From an uncultured Gemmatimonadales bacterium (GTDB taxonomy: Bacteria; Gemmatimonadota; Gemmatimonadetes; Longimicrobiales; RSA9): a DNA stretch of 64,000 bases. The DNA is taken from positions 480,001-544,000 of the forward strand of contig CAWFKH010000001.1 in assembly GCA_963816355.1 (NCBI GenBank), given 5' to 3'. Below, piece after piece: positions 7,885-17,389 of the stretch. The position numbers were made by a program, and so were the translations under genes. The notes beneath the pieces were generated by a model. That model was not told the origin of the DNA. It searched no databases and worked only from the letters and a program-made list of their open reading frames with translations. Numbering within the stretch: the stretch's first letter is position 1; every line of letters starts with the position of its first letter.

Positions 7885-10077
7885 GTGGCCGCAGCGCGTT
7901 CTCCATCGCCACGCTCGGTGCTCGACCGCCTCGCGCGGGCACCGGACTTCGGCGAGGCGTGCGCGGTGCTGTTCCAGGCGGCGAAGGCGCACACGTTCCT
8001 GCGCCGCGCGGTCGTGGTCGTGCGGCTGGAGGAGCGTACGATGGCGTGGGGCTGGAACGCGCGGCGGTCGGAGCTCGCCGCGATCGAGAGCGAGGAATCG
8101 GCCCGGTTGTTTCCGGCGGACCGCGCGTGCTGGACGCGGGTCGAGCCGCTGGCGGAGATGGACCCGGCGTGGGTGTGCGCGTTCGACCCCGGGCCGCGGG
8201 CGGTGGCGGGGGCGATCGTGGTGGACGCGGCGGGGGCCGAGGAGCTGCCGGGCGAGCCCCTGGCGGTGAAGCTGGCGGAGATGGCGGCCGTGGGTGGACC
8301 GCTGCTGGGCCGGCTGGCGTGGGAGGCGGCGGGTGCGGAGCGGCTGCGCGCGCTGGAGGAGCGGATCGCCACGTTGGAGCGGATCCTCGACGGAATCCCC
8401 GATCCGGTCCTGGCGCTGGATGCGGACTCCGTCGTCCGCTACTCGAACGCGCGCGCCGAGCAGATCCTCTTCTCGCTCCCCGACGAGAGTCCGGGCCGCC
8501 GGCGGGCCGTGGAGGTCAACAACCTGCTGTTCAGCTCCTTCCTGGTGCAGGAAGTCGTGGCGGAGCCGGAGACGCGCGAGCTGAACCTGGTCAATCCGCA
8601 GGACGGCAGCGACCTCCTCTTCGAGGTGCTGACGGTGAGACTGCCGTCGGCGGTGCGGGATGCGCGTTCCACCACCGTTTCGATTCTCCGTGACATCACG
8701 GACCTGAAGCGGGCGGTTGGGGAGCTGGAGACGCAGATCCAGCGCTCTCGGCTCGTGGAGCACGACGCGCGGCGGGAGCGCGACCGGCTCAACGTGGTTC
8801 TGGAGAACGTGGCGGACCCGATCCTGGTCACGGACGAGACGTCGAACCTCGTGCTGCTGAACCGGGAGGGGGAGCGGCTCTTCGTGGTCGGCGGCGGCGC
8901 GGCGAAGCCCGCGCGGCGCCGGCTCGTGCACGCCAACGACACGCGCTTCAGCACCCTGATGAACGACTTCCTGCTGCAGCCGGAGCTGCGCCGCCAGGAG
9001 AAGGTCGAGCTGGTCGACCCGGACAGTGGCCGCAGCTTCCCGGCGGAGATCTCGAGCGCGAAGATCCTCAACGCGCGGGGCGAGGCGACGGCGATCGTCA
9101 GCGTGGTGCACGATCTCACGCAGGTGGTCGAGAACGAGCGGCTGGCGACGGAGCTGCGGCACCTGAACGAGGAGCTCGAAGGCCGCGTCGAGCGGGCCAC
9201 CGAGCAGCTCGCAGAGCACAATCGACAGTTGATATGGCAGCGGCGCGAGCTGGAGAAGGCGTCGCGCATGAAGAGTCAGTTCCTCGCGAGCATGAGCCAC
9301 GAGCTGCGCACCCCGATCAACGTGGTGCTCGGCTACACGTCGCTGATGCAGGAGCAGCTCTTCGGCACCCTGACGCCGAAGCAGATCGGTGTGATGGAAC
9401 GCATCCACACCACGTCGAAGCACCTGCTCGAGCTGATCAACGACATCCTCGACCTGTCGCGCATCGAGGCCGGGAAGATGCCGATCCACGTCGAGGAAGT
9501 GGACACCGGGGCGCTGCTCAGCGAGCTGGCGGGGCAGGTGCGGCCGCTGCTGGAGAAGAAGGGGCTCACGCTGACGGTCGAAGCGGACGACCTGCCGGAC
9601 CTGATGACCGACCGTACCAAGCTGATGCAGGTGCTCCTCAATCTGATGTCGAACGCGATCAAGTTCACGCAGCAGGGCGGCGTCGCACTGCGCGCGAGAG
9701 CGGCGGACGAAGGGTGGATCCGCATCACGGTCGAGGACACCGGGATCGGCATCAAGCCGGAGCATTTGAACACGATCTTCGAGGACTTCCGTCAGGTCGA
9801 CCAGTCGCCTTCGCGCGAGTACGGCGGTACCGGTCTCGGCCTGAGCATCACGAAGAAGCTGCTCTCGCTGCTGGGCGGGACGATCGACGTCGATAGCGAG
9901 GTCGGCGTCGGCACCGCCTTCTCGATCGAGGTGCCGCGGCTGGCGCAGACCGGGACGGTCGAGGAGCAGGTCCACCGGGCCACCTTCGAGGCGGACAGCG
10001 CCGTCGTCTCGACCACCGGCACGGGGTCGGCGCCCGACGAGCGCGCTCACGCCGGGGACGGCGACTCTCACGGCTGA
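7885..10077 (+). CDS. cytoplasmic PAS-PAS sensor histidine kinase
   Basis: two PAS-like repeats (LDGIPDPVL, LENVADPIL), SHELRTP, NLMSNAIKF, DTGIG, GGTGLGL; 3 nt after the gvpA stop. Confidence 0.92.
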   Translation: MAAARSPSPRSVLDRLARAPDFGEACAVLFQAAKAHTFLRRAVVVVRLEERTMAWGWNARRSELAAIESEESARLFPADRACWTRVEPLAEMDPAWVCAFDPGPRAVAGAIVVDAAGAEELPGEPLAVKLAEMAAVGGPLLGRLAWEAAGAERLRALEERIATLERILDGIPDPVLALDADSVVRYSNARAEQILFSLPDESPGRRRAVEVNNLLFSSFLVQEVVAEPETRELNLVNPQDGSDLLFEVLTVRLPSAVRDARSTTVSILRDITDLKRAVGELETQIQRSRLVEHDARRERDRLNVVLENVADPILVTDETSNLVLLNREGERLFVVGGGAAKPARRRLVHANDTRFSTLMNDFLLQPELRRQEKVELVDPDSGRSFPAEISSAKILNARGEATAIVSVVHDLTQVVENERLATELRHLNEELEGRVERATEQLAEHNRQLIWQRRELEKASRMKSQFLASMSHELRTPINVVLGYTSLMQEQLFGTLTPKQIGVMERIHTTSKHLLELINDILDLSRIEAGKMPIHVEEVDTGALLSELAGQVRPLLEKKGLTLTVEADDLPDLMTDRTKLMQVLLNLMSNAIKFTQQGGVALRARAADEGWIRITVEDTGIGIKPEHLNTIFEDFRQVDQSPSREYGGTGLGLSITKKLLSLLGGTIDVDSEVGVGTAFSIEVPRLAQTGTVEEQVHRATFEADSAVVSTTGTGSAPDERAHAGDGDSHG

Positions 10078-10123
10078 GCGCGACCGGCGAGCGGCACCCC
10101 GGATCCCCGCAGGATTCCGGCGC

Positions 10124-12139
10124 ATGCGGACGTTCCCCGCTCTCGGAAGCCGGCTGCGCGCGCGGCGGCCATTCCTTCTCTCGATGCTGGTGCTGCTCGC
10201 GTTCGTGCAGGGCCTGTGGCTCCTCGCCGCCGGCTTCTTCCTGGCGGCCGCGCGAGTGGCGGAGGGACGCGCCTCGCCGGCCACCGCCGTCGCGATCGCG
10301 CTCTCCACGCTGTTCCTCCTGCTGCCCGCCTTCCCCGCTCACCGCCTGTTCGGCCGCAGGCCGTCCATCATGCTCGCCGCTGCCCTCGTCGCGGTGGCGC
10401 GTCTCGCCGCGACGGCGCCGGTGGCGGAAGTCCGGCTCGTCGCGTCCGCGCTCGTGGTCGCGGGCGGCGGCGCGTTCCTGGCCGGGGCGGTCGGCGACTT
10501 CGCACCCAGGATCGTGGTGACCGCGCTGACCACCGCGCTCGTGCTCGACGAGGTGCTCCGCCTCGCGGGGAACAGCTACGACGTGTCGCTGCGGGCGGGG
10601 TGGATCCCGGTGCAGATCGGCCTCACGCTCCTGATCGCCGTGACGCTCGCGCAGTGGGAACGGCCGCCGCACGATGAGGAATCGCCGGGGATGGAGAGAC
10701 GGGCGAGCGGCCTGCGGTTGCGGGGCGCGCTGGCGCTCGGCGGGCTGCTCTTCCTCGAGATGAGCGCGCTCGGCGCCCCCGCCGCGGTCGCGCGCTGGAC
10801 CGGCGCGCCGTACGCGGCCGTGGCGGCGATCCTCGCGGCGACCGGCGCGGCCGTGCTCTTCGTTCAGGCGACGTCGCAGCGGCCGCCCGCAGCGGGTCGT
10901 GGAGCGGCCTTCGCTTTGACGCTGCTCGCGGTGCTCGCGCCGATCGGTGTCACGCTCGCCCCCCCGGGGCTCGCGCGCGCCGCCGGCGGCTGGCCCGCCG
11001 TCGTCGCGTTCGCGGCCGGCCACGCGGCGGCCCTCCTGCTCTTCGTCTGGGTTCTGGCTCCTGCGGGCGGCCGACGCGGAACGGCCACCGCGGTCGGAGG
11101 CATGCTGATGCTGCTTGCCCTGCTGGCGGCGTACACGGCCGGGTATTTCCCCGGCTACACCTTGCCGTTTCTCGCGGGCGCCGCGCCGTGGCTCTTCCTC
11201 AGCGGCGGCGTGATCGTGACCGCGGCGATCCTGCTGATACCGCGTCCGGCCTTCGCGCCGACCGCGATCCGCCGCGCGGCGGCGGCCGCCGGCGCGGCCA
11301 CGCTCGCGCTCGCCGCCGTGGTCGCCGCGGTCGTCGCCGTTCCGGGCGCGCCGGCCGCCGCGGCCGCCCGGCGCCTCGCCGTTCCGGGCGCGCCGGCCAC
11401 GGTCGGTGAGGCGCCGGCCGGCGGTGGGCGGGCGCGGCTGCGCGTCGCGACGTACAACGTGCATTGGGGGGTCCGCGAGGATGGGGTCCTCGATCCCGCG
11501 GCGACGGCGCGGGCGATCGCCGCGGCGGGCGCCGACGTGGTGGCGCTGGAAGAGGTGCCGGCCGGTCTGCCGGTGCTCTACTCGCTCGATCTCGGACGCT
11601 GGCTCGCCGGCCGCCTCGGAATGCGGGCCCGCTTCGCGCCCACGGCCGGCCCGGCGCTGGGCGACCTCCTGCTCTCCCGCCTCCCGATCGATACGCTCGT
11701 CTCCAGGCGCATCAGCCCGCAGGCGGGGGTGGTGGAGCGGGAGCCGGATCCGCGGCAGGTCGCACGCGCCACCGTGCGGGTCGGGCCGCGCGACTCCGTC
11801 GTGTTCTACTTCACCCGCCTCGGTTCGCGGCACGCCGACCGCGCGAGGGAGCTGCCGCCGCTTCTCGCCGCGATCGAGCCCGGTGCGGCGCTGCTGGCCG
11901 GGGACCTGAACGCCGGCCCGGACTCTGATGTGCTACGGGCGCTCGAGGGGCTCGGCTTCCGCGACGCGTTCGCGGAGGCGGGCGCGCCGCCGCAGCCGAC
12001 GTCGCCCGCGCGATCACCCCGTGCCCGCATCGACTGGATCCTCGTGCGCGGTTACGCCGTGGAGCACGCCGGAGTGCTGGACGGAGAGGCGTCCGACCAC
12101 CGCCTCGTCTACGCCACGGTGCGGCTTCGGCCTCGCTGA
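10124..12139 (+). CDS. multi-TM membrane protein with C-terminal endonuclease/exonuclease/phosphatase (EEP) domain
   Basis: about 400-aa hydrophobic N-half; ATYNVH, ADVVALEEV, AGDLN, IDWIL, SDH motifs. Confidence 0.85.
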   Translation: MRTFPALGSRLRARRPFLLSMLVLLAFVQGLWLLAAGFFLAAARVAEGRASPATAVAIALSTLFLLLPAFPAHRLFGRRPSIMLAAALVAVARLAATAPVAEVRLVASALVVAGGGAFLAGAVGDFAPRIVVTALTTALVLDEVLRLAGNSYDVSLRAGWIPVQIGLTLLIAVTLAQWERPPHDEESPGMERRASGLRLRGALALGGLLFLEMSALGAPAAVARWTGAPYAAVAAILAATGAAVLFVQATSQRPPAAGRGAAFALTLLAVLAPIGVTLAPPGLARAAGGWPAVVAFAAGHAAALLLFVWVLAPAGGRRGTATAVGGMLMLLALLAAYTAGYFPGYTLPFLAGAAPWLFLSGGVIVTAAILLIPRPAFAPTAIRRAAAAAGAATLALAAVVAAVVAVPGAPAAAAARRLAVPGAPATVGEAPAGGGRARLRVATYNVHWGVREDGVLDPAATARAIAAAGADVVALEEVPAGLPVLYSLDLGRWLAGRLGMRARFAPTAGPALGDLLLSRLPIDTLVSRRISPQAGVVEREPDPRQVARATVRVGPRDSVVFYFTRLGSRHADRARELPPLLAAIEPGAALLAGDLNAGPDSDVLRALEGLGFRDAFAEAGAPPQPTSPARSPRARIDWILVRGYAVEHAGVLDGEASDHRLVYATVRLRPR

Positions 12140-12326
12140 TTCGCGCCGGTCCGGCCGCAGCGCCGGGAAGCGCGGCGGGCGTCCGTGGCCGATCCGCACC
12201 CGTGCGGAGGAAATCGGGTCGTACAGGGTTGCGTGCGTCTGGGTCCCCCCCCAAATTGCCGCGCCGCGAACCCCGGGGGGCGTACGAGGGGCGCGGTACG
12301 AGCTCAATCTTCAGACAGGTACGCGG

Positions 12327-12851
12327 ATGTCTCGAGTGAAGTGGATGGTACTCGCGCTCGTCGCGGTCGCGGCGCTCGCGGGCACGGGTATCCTCGCCGC
12401 GAAGATCGGCCCGGCCGGCGCGCAGGAGCCCCAGCCGATCAACTTCTATCACAGCGTGCACGCGGGGACGAACCAGATCCCGTGCATGTACTGCCACTAC
12501 AGCGCGGAGCGCTCGGTGGACGCGGGGATCCCATCGGTCCGCGTGTGCGCGGGCTGTCACTTGCCGGGCGGCGTGCCGATGGTTGCGAAGGACTCGGCGG
12601 GGGTGAAGACGCTGGCGGCCTACTGGGCGAAGAAGGAGCCGATCCCGTGGGTCCGGATCCACAAGCTCCCGGACTACGTCCATTTCCCGCACATGATGCA
12701 CCTGAACGCCGGGCTGCAGTGCCAGCAGTGCCACGGCCCCGTGGAGACGATGCAGGAAGTCACCCAGGTCGCGAGCCTGCGCATGGGCTGGTGCGTGAGC
12801 TGTCATCGTCAGAACAACGTCCGGACCGACTGCACGGTTTGCCACCACTGA
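12327..12851 (+). CDS. actA: alternative complex III pentaheme cytochrome c
   Basis: N-terminal TM helix; five CxxCH (CMYCH, CAGCH, CQQCH, CVSCH, CTVCH); PIPWVRIHKLPDYVHFPH. Confidence 0.92.
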   Translation: MSRVKWMVLALVAVAALAGTGILAAKIGPAGAQEPQPINFYHSVHAGTNQIPCMYCHYSAERSVDAGIPSVRVCAGCHLPGGVPMVAKDSAGVKTLAAYWAKKEPIPWVRIHKLPDYVHFPHMMHLNAGLQCQQCHGPVETMQEVTQVASLRMGWCVSCHRQNNVRTDCTVCHH

Positions 12852-12889
12852 GCGACGGAGTCGATGCGCGGGATGGGCAAAGGAGTTCG

Positions 12890-15800
12890 ATGATGGGCGA
12901 CGGGATGGAGAGGCGTGACTTCCTGAAGGTCGTCGGCGTCGCCGGCGTCGGCGCGGGTCTCGCCGGCTGTTCGAGCGGCAAGCCGGAGAAGCTGCTGCCG
13001 TACGTCGTGCCGCCGGAAGAGATCCTGCCGGGCATGGCCACGTGGTATCGGACGACGTGCCAGGAGTGCCCCGCCGGCTGCGGCATGGACGTTCGCACGC
13101 GTGAGGGCCGCGCGATCAAGGCGGAGGGCAACCCGCTCTCCCCGATCTCGCACGGCAAGCTGTGCGCCCGGGGACAGGCGTCCCTGCAGGGCCTCTACGA
13201 TCCGGACCGCGTGCCGCAGGCCCTCGCCCGCTCGGGCGCGGACTGGCAGCGCGTGAGCTGGGACGCCGCCGAGCAGCGGCTCGTCGAGGAGCTGCAGAAG
13301 GCCCGCGGCCGCGCGGTCCTCCTCGGCCGCTCCACGACGGGCACGATGGACCGGCTGCTCGACGAATGGTGCGCCGCCGCGGGCGTCGAGCGCGTGCGCT
13401 ACGACGAGTTCGGCTTCGAGCCGGTGCGCGCCGCGGCACGCCTCCTCTTCGGCGTCGACGGGATCCCCGTCCACGACTTCTCGCGCGCCGAGGTCGTGGT
13501 CAACTTCGGCGCGGACTTCCTCGAGACGTGGGTCTCGCCGGTCGACTACGCGCACGGTTTCGTGCAGGCGCAGGCGTACGAGAACGGCCACCGCGGCCGC
13601 CTCGTGGCTGTCACGCCGCACCGCTCGCTCACCGACCTGAACGCCGACGAGTGGCTGCCCGCCCGCCCCGGCACCGAGCACCTGGTCGCGCTCGCGATGG
13701 CGAAGTTGATCGCCGACGAGCGGGGCGGCGATGCCGGCGGCGCGGCAGGACTCCTCGGCGGCGTCGACGCGAATCGGGCCGCCGATGCGTCCGGCGTTCC
13801 CCTGGCCCGCATCCGCGCCGCGGCGGCCGACTTCGCCCGCGGCGGGCGCTCCCTCGCCGTGGGACCGGGCGTCGCGGCGACGCACGCTGCCGCGTCGGCG
13901 ACCGCGGCCGCCGTGATGGTGCTGAACGCGGTCGCGGGCAACCTCGGGAGCACGGTCCGCTTCGAGCGGCTCGAGGCGGTCGGGCGCGGGAGCAGCTACG
14001 CCGACCTGCAGCGGCTCGCGGCGCGACTGCGCAGCGGCGAGGTGAGCGCGCTCCTGCTGCACGGCTCGAATCCGCTCTACGCGGCGCCGGGGCAGGCGGA
14101 TCTGCGCGGCGCCCTGGAGAAGGTGCCGTTCGTCGCATCGTTCTCGCCGTACCTGGACGAGACGAGCGAGGTGGCGCACCTGCTGCTGCCGGACAACCAC
14201 TTCCTCGAGAGCTGGGGCGACGTCGAGCCGCGCACCGGCGTGCATTCGCTCGTCCAGCCGGTGATGGTGCCGGTCTTCCGCACCAAGCAGACCGGCGACG
14301 TGCTGCTGTCGGTGGCGCGCCGTGCGAGCCTGACGCTCTCCTCCCAGGCGTCCACGTTCTACGATTATCTGCGCGAGCGCTGGCGGAACGAAGTCTTCGC
14401 ACAGTCGGGCGGAACCGGCTCGTTCGAGGACTGGTGGATCGCGTCGCTCGAGAAGGGCGTCGTCGTGGCCGAGGCCGCGGCGGGCGCGGCGCCCACGGTG
14501 AACGCGGGCGGTCTGGCGCAGCTCCGCTTCGACGTGCCGGAGCTCGGCGCCGCAGAAGGCGCCGGTGAGTCGTACGCGCTGGTGGTCTACCCGTCCTACC
14601 GCTTCTACGACGGCCGCACCGCCAACCGGCCGTGGCTGCAGGAGCTGCCCGACCCGCTGAGCAAGATCTCCTGGACGTCTTGGGTGGAAGTCAACGCAGC
14701 CGTCGCGGAGCGGCTGGGCCTCGATCCCGGCAGCGTCGCGGAGGTGAAGACGTCGCACGGCTCGGTCGAGCTGCCGGTGTGGCCGCACCCGGGCATGCGC
14801 GAGGATGTGATCGCGATCCAGCTCGGCGAAGGCCACGAGGCGCACGGCCGGTACGCCAAGGACCGCGGTTTCAACCCGATCCGTCTGCTGGCCGGCCAGA
14901 TCGAGGATCCCTCGGGCGGCTTCGTCTACCTGCAGACGCACGCGACGCTGCGCCCCACCGGGGATTGGCAGCACATCCCGATCACGGGCCGCGAGACGGA
15001 GTCGGGACGCGACGTGCTGCGGACGATCCGCCTCGATGCGGCACGTGCGGCGGAGCCGATCGCGATCGGTGGCGCCGCGGCGGTCACGGCGCCGGCCGCG
15101 GAGGCGGGCGAAGGCGAAGGCGGGGCGGAGGTGCACCCGTCGCAGGCGGTCGTCTCGGAGCTGCAGGGCTCGGGCGGCTTCCGCCCGATGACGTTCGGCG
15201 CGGCGCCGCGCGACTTCCCGCCACCGGAGACGTACTACGGCGAGTACACTGAGGCGCAGCCGCGCTGGGCGATGGCGATCGATCTGGAGCGCTGCATCGG
15301 GTGCAGCGCGTGCATGACCGCGTGCTACGCCGAGAACAACATCGGCGTCGTCGGACCGGAGCTGGTGGCGAACGGCCGCATCATGAGCTGGATGCGGATC
15401 GAGCGTTATTTCGACGACTCGGGCGAGGGCGACACGCAGCGCGCGGGCTTCCTGCCGATGCTGTGCCAGCAGTGCGGCAACGCGCCGTGCGAGCCGGTGT
15501 GCCCGGTGTACGCGGCGTACCACACGCCGGACGGCCTCAACGCGCAGATCTACAACCGCTGCGTCGGGACGCGGTACTGCCAGAACAACTGCCCGTACAA
15601 GGTCCGCTACTTCAACTACTTCACGTGGGAGTGGCCGGAGCCGCTGAACTGGCAGTTGAATCCAGAGGTGCAGGTGCGCGAGAAGGGCGTCATGGAGAAG
15701 TGCACGTTCTGCGTGCAGCGGATCCGGGAGGCGCAGCACGTCGCGCGGCTGGATGGGCGGAGCGTCGCGGACGGCGAGATCGTGCCGGCGTGCGCACAGA

Positions 15801-15964
15801 CCTGTCCCGGCGATGCGATCGTCTTCGGCGACATCAAGGATCCGGACTCGCGCGTGGCGCGGGTGGCGGCGTCGGGGCGCGGTTACCGCGTTCTCGAGGA
15901 ACTCAACACCCAGTCGGCGATCACCTACCTGAAGAAGGTGGTGCCGGCCGCTTCGGAGGTGTGA
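12890..15964 (+). CDS. actB: alternative complex III subunit B (molybdopterin-oxidoreductase fold fused to an Fe-S domain)
   Basis: Tat-lipoprotein signal RRDFLK..LAGC; ANRPWLQELPDP; C-terminal CIGCSAC, CQQC..PC, CVGTRYC, CTFC motifs. Confidence 0.92.
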   Translation: MMGDGMERRDFLKVVGVAGVGAGLAGCSSGKPEKLLPYVVPPEEILPGMATWYRTTCQECPAGCGMDVRTREGRAIKAEGNPLSPISHGKLCARGQASLQGLYDPDRVPQALARSGADWQRVSWDAAEQRLVEELQKARGRAVLLGRSTTGTMDRLLDEWCAAAGVERVRYDEFGFEPVRAAARLLFGVDGIPVHDFSRAEVVVNFGADFLETWVSPVDYAHGFVQAQAYENGHRGRLVAVTPHRSLTDLNADEWLPARPGTEHLVALAMAKLIADERGGDAGGAAGLLGGVDANRAADASGVPLARIRAAAADFARGGRSLAVGPGVAATHAAASATAAAVMVLNAVAGNLGSTVRFERLEAVGRGSSYADLQRLAARLRSGEVSALLLHGSNPLYAAPGQADLRGALEKVPFVASFSPYLDETSEVAHLLLPDNHFLESWGDVEPRTGVHSLVQPVMVPVFRTKQTGDVLLSVARRASLTLSSQASTFYDYLRERWRNEVFAQSGGTGSFEDWWIASLEKGVVVAEAAAGAAPTVNAGGLAQLRFDVPELGAAEGAGESYALVVYPSYRFYDGRTANRPWLQELPDPLSKISWTSWVEVNAAVAERLGLDPGSVAEVKTSHGSVELPVWPHPGMREDVIAIQLGEGHEAHGRYAKDRGFNPIRLLAGQIEDPSGGFVYLQTHATLRPTGDWQHIPITGRETESGRDVLRTIRLDAARAAEPIAIGGAAAVTAPAAEAGEGEGGAEVHPSQAVVSELQGSGGFRPMTFGAAPRDFPPPETYYGEYTEAQPRWAMAIDLERCIGCSACMTACYAENNIGVVGPELVANGRIMSWMRIERYFDDSGEGDTQRAGFLPMLCQQCGNAPCEPVCPVYAAYHTPDGLNAQIYNRCVGTRYCQNNCPYKVRYFNYFTWEWPEPLNWQLNPEVQVREKGVMEKCTFCVQRIREAQHVARLDGRSVADGEIVPACAQTCPGDAIVFGDIKDPDSRVARVAASGRGYRVLEELNTQSAITYLKKVVPAASEV

Positions 15965-15970
15965 GCGAGG

Positions 15971-17389
15971 ATGGCGACTGTCACGCGCTCGTTGACGCAC
16001 CCCGGCATCACCTCCTACGGGGAGGTCAACCGGGACATCCTGAAGATGCTGAGCCGCCCGGGGCGCGGGTACTGGCTGCTGCTCATGGTGGCGGTCATGG
16101 GCGTGGGTCTGCTCGGCTTCTGCTTCGCCGTGCAGCTCTATCTCGGCATCGGCGTGACGGGGCTCCGCAATCCCGTCGGCTGGGGCGTCTACATCACGAC
16201 CTTCGTGTTCTGGGTGGGCATCGCGCACTCCGGCACGCTGATCTCGGCGATCCTCTATCTCTTCCGCGCACGCTGGCGCCAGTCGATCTACCGCGCCGCG
16301 GAGGCGATGACGGTGTTCGCCGTCATGACGGCCGGGCTCTTCCCCATCATCCACCTGGGGCGCAACTGGTTCTTCTACTGGCTGCTGCCGTACCCGAACC
16401 AGCGCGGCATCTGGCCGAACTTCCGTTCTCCGCTGCTGTGGGACGTCTTCGCGGTGAGCACCTACTTCACAGTCTCCGCCACTTTCTTCTACCTCGGCAT
16501 GGTGCCCGACATCGCTGCGGCGCGCGATGCCGCGACCGTGCGGTGGCGACGCAAGCTGTACAGCACGCTCTCCCTGGGCTGGCGCGGGACCCACGACGAG
16601 TGGAAACACTTCACCCGCGCCTACCTCTACCTCGCCGCGCTCGCCACGCCGCTCGTGCTCTCGGTGCACTCCGTCGTGTCCTGGGACTTCGCCATGTCGA
16701 TCGTGCCGGGCTGGCACTCGACGATCTTCGCGCCCTACTTCGTGGCGGGTGCGATCTTCAGCGGGCTCGCGATGGTGATCACGCTGCTCGTCCCGCTGCG
16801 CAAGGCCTTCGGGCTGGAGAACTATTTCACGGTGCGCCACTTCGACATGATGGCGCGCCTGGTGCTGCTCACGTCGCTGGTCGTCAGCTACGCCTACCTC
16901 GCCGAGATCTTCCTCGCGTGGTACAGCCACGGCGCGGCGGAGTGGGAGGGCAACTACATCATCGGCTCGCTGCGGACCAACCTGTGGTGGGCGGGCGCGA
17001 TCATGGTGACGTGCAACATGTTCGTGCCGCAGATGCTGTGGTTCCGCAACGTCCGCCGCAGCATCCCCGCCCTCTTCACGATCACGCTGTTCGTCAACAT
17101 CGGGATGTGGTTCGAGCGCTTCGTCATCATCACGTCGAGCCTCTCCCACGAGTACGAGCCGTGGCAGTGGAGCTACTACAAGCCGAGCTGGGTCGAGATG
17201 GGGATCCTGGTCGGCAGCTTCTGCTGGTTCTTCATGTGGTTCCTCATCTTCATCCGCGTGCTGCCGCCGGTGTCGGTAGCGGAGTTGAAGGAAGTGCTTC
17301 CGCCGCCGCTGCGCCGCCTCGGCGCGGCCGGCGTCGCGGCGAGAGGCGGCGGATCGACGGAGGTCGAGGGAGGGCTGATCGATGGCTGA
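15971..17389 (+). CDS. actC: alternative complex III quinol-binding NrfD-family subunit
   Basis: GWGVYITTFVFWVGIAHSGTLISAIL, IHLGR, NFRSPLLWDVFAV. Confidence 0.95.
   Translation: MATVTRSLTHPGITSYGEVNRDILKMLSRPGRGYWLLLMVAVMGVGLLGFCFAVQLYLGIGVTGLRNPVGWGVYITTFVFWVGIAHSGTLISAILYLFRARWRQSIYRAAEAMTVFAVMTAGLFPIIHLGRNWFFYWLLPYPNQRGIWPNFRSPLLWDVFAVSTYFTVSATFFYLGMVPDIAAARDAATVRWRRKLYSTLSLGWRGTHDEWKHFTRAYLYLAALATPLVLSVHSVVSWDFAMSIVPGWHSTIFAPYFVAGAIFSGLAMVITLLVPLRKAFGLENYFTVRHFDMMARLVLLTSLVVSYAYLAEIFLAWYSHGAAEWEGNYIIGSLRTNLWWAGAIMVTCNMFVPQMLWFRNVRRSIPALFTITLFVNIGMWFERFVIITSSLSHEYEPWQWSYYKPSWVEMGILVGSFCWFFMWFLIFIRVLPPVSVAELKEVLPPPLRRLGAAGVAARGGGSTEVEGGLIDG

Noticed and set aside
12890..15964. Stand-alone catalytic molybdoenzyme (Psr/Nar/Fdh)
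   Set aside because: Fused Fe-S domain and actA/C/D/E/F context identify it as ActB
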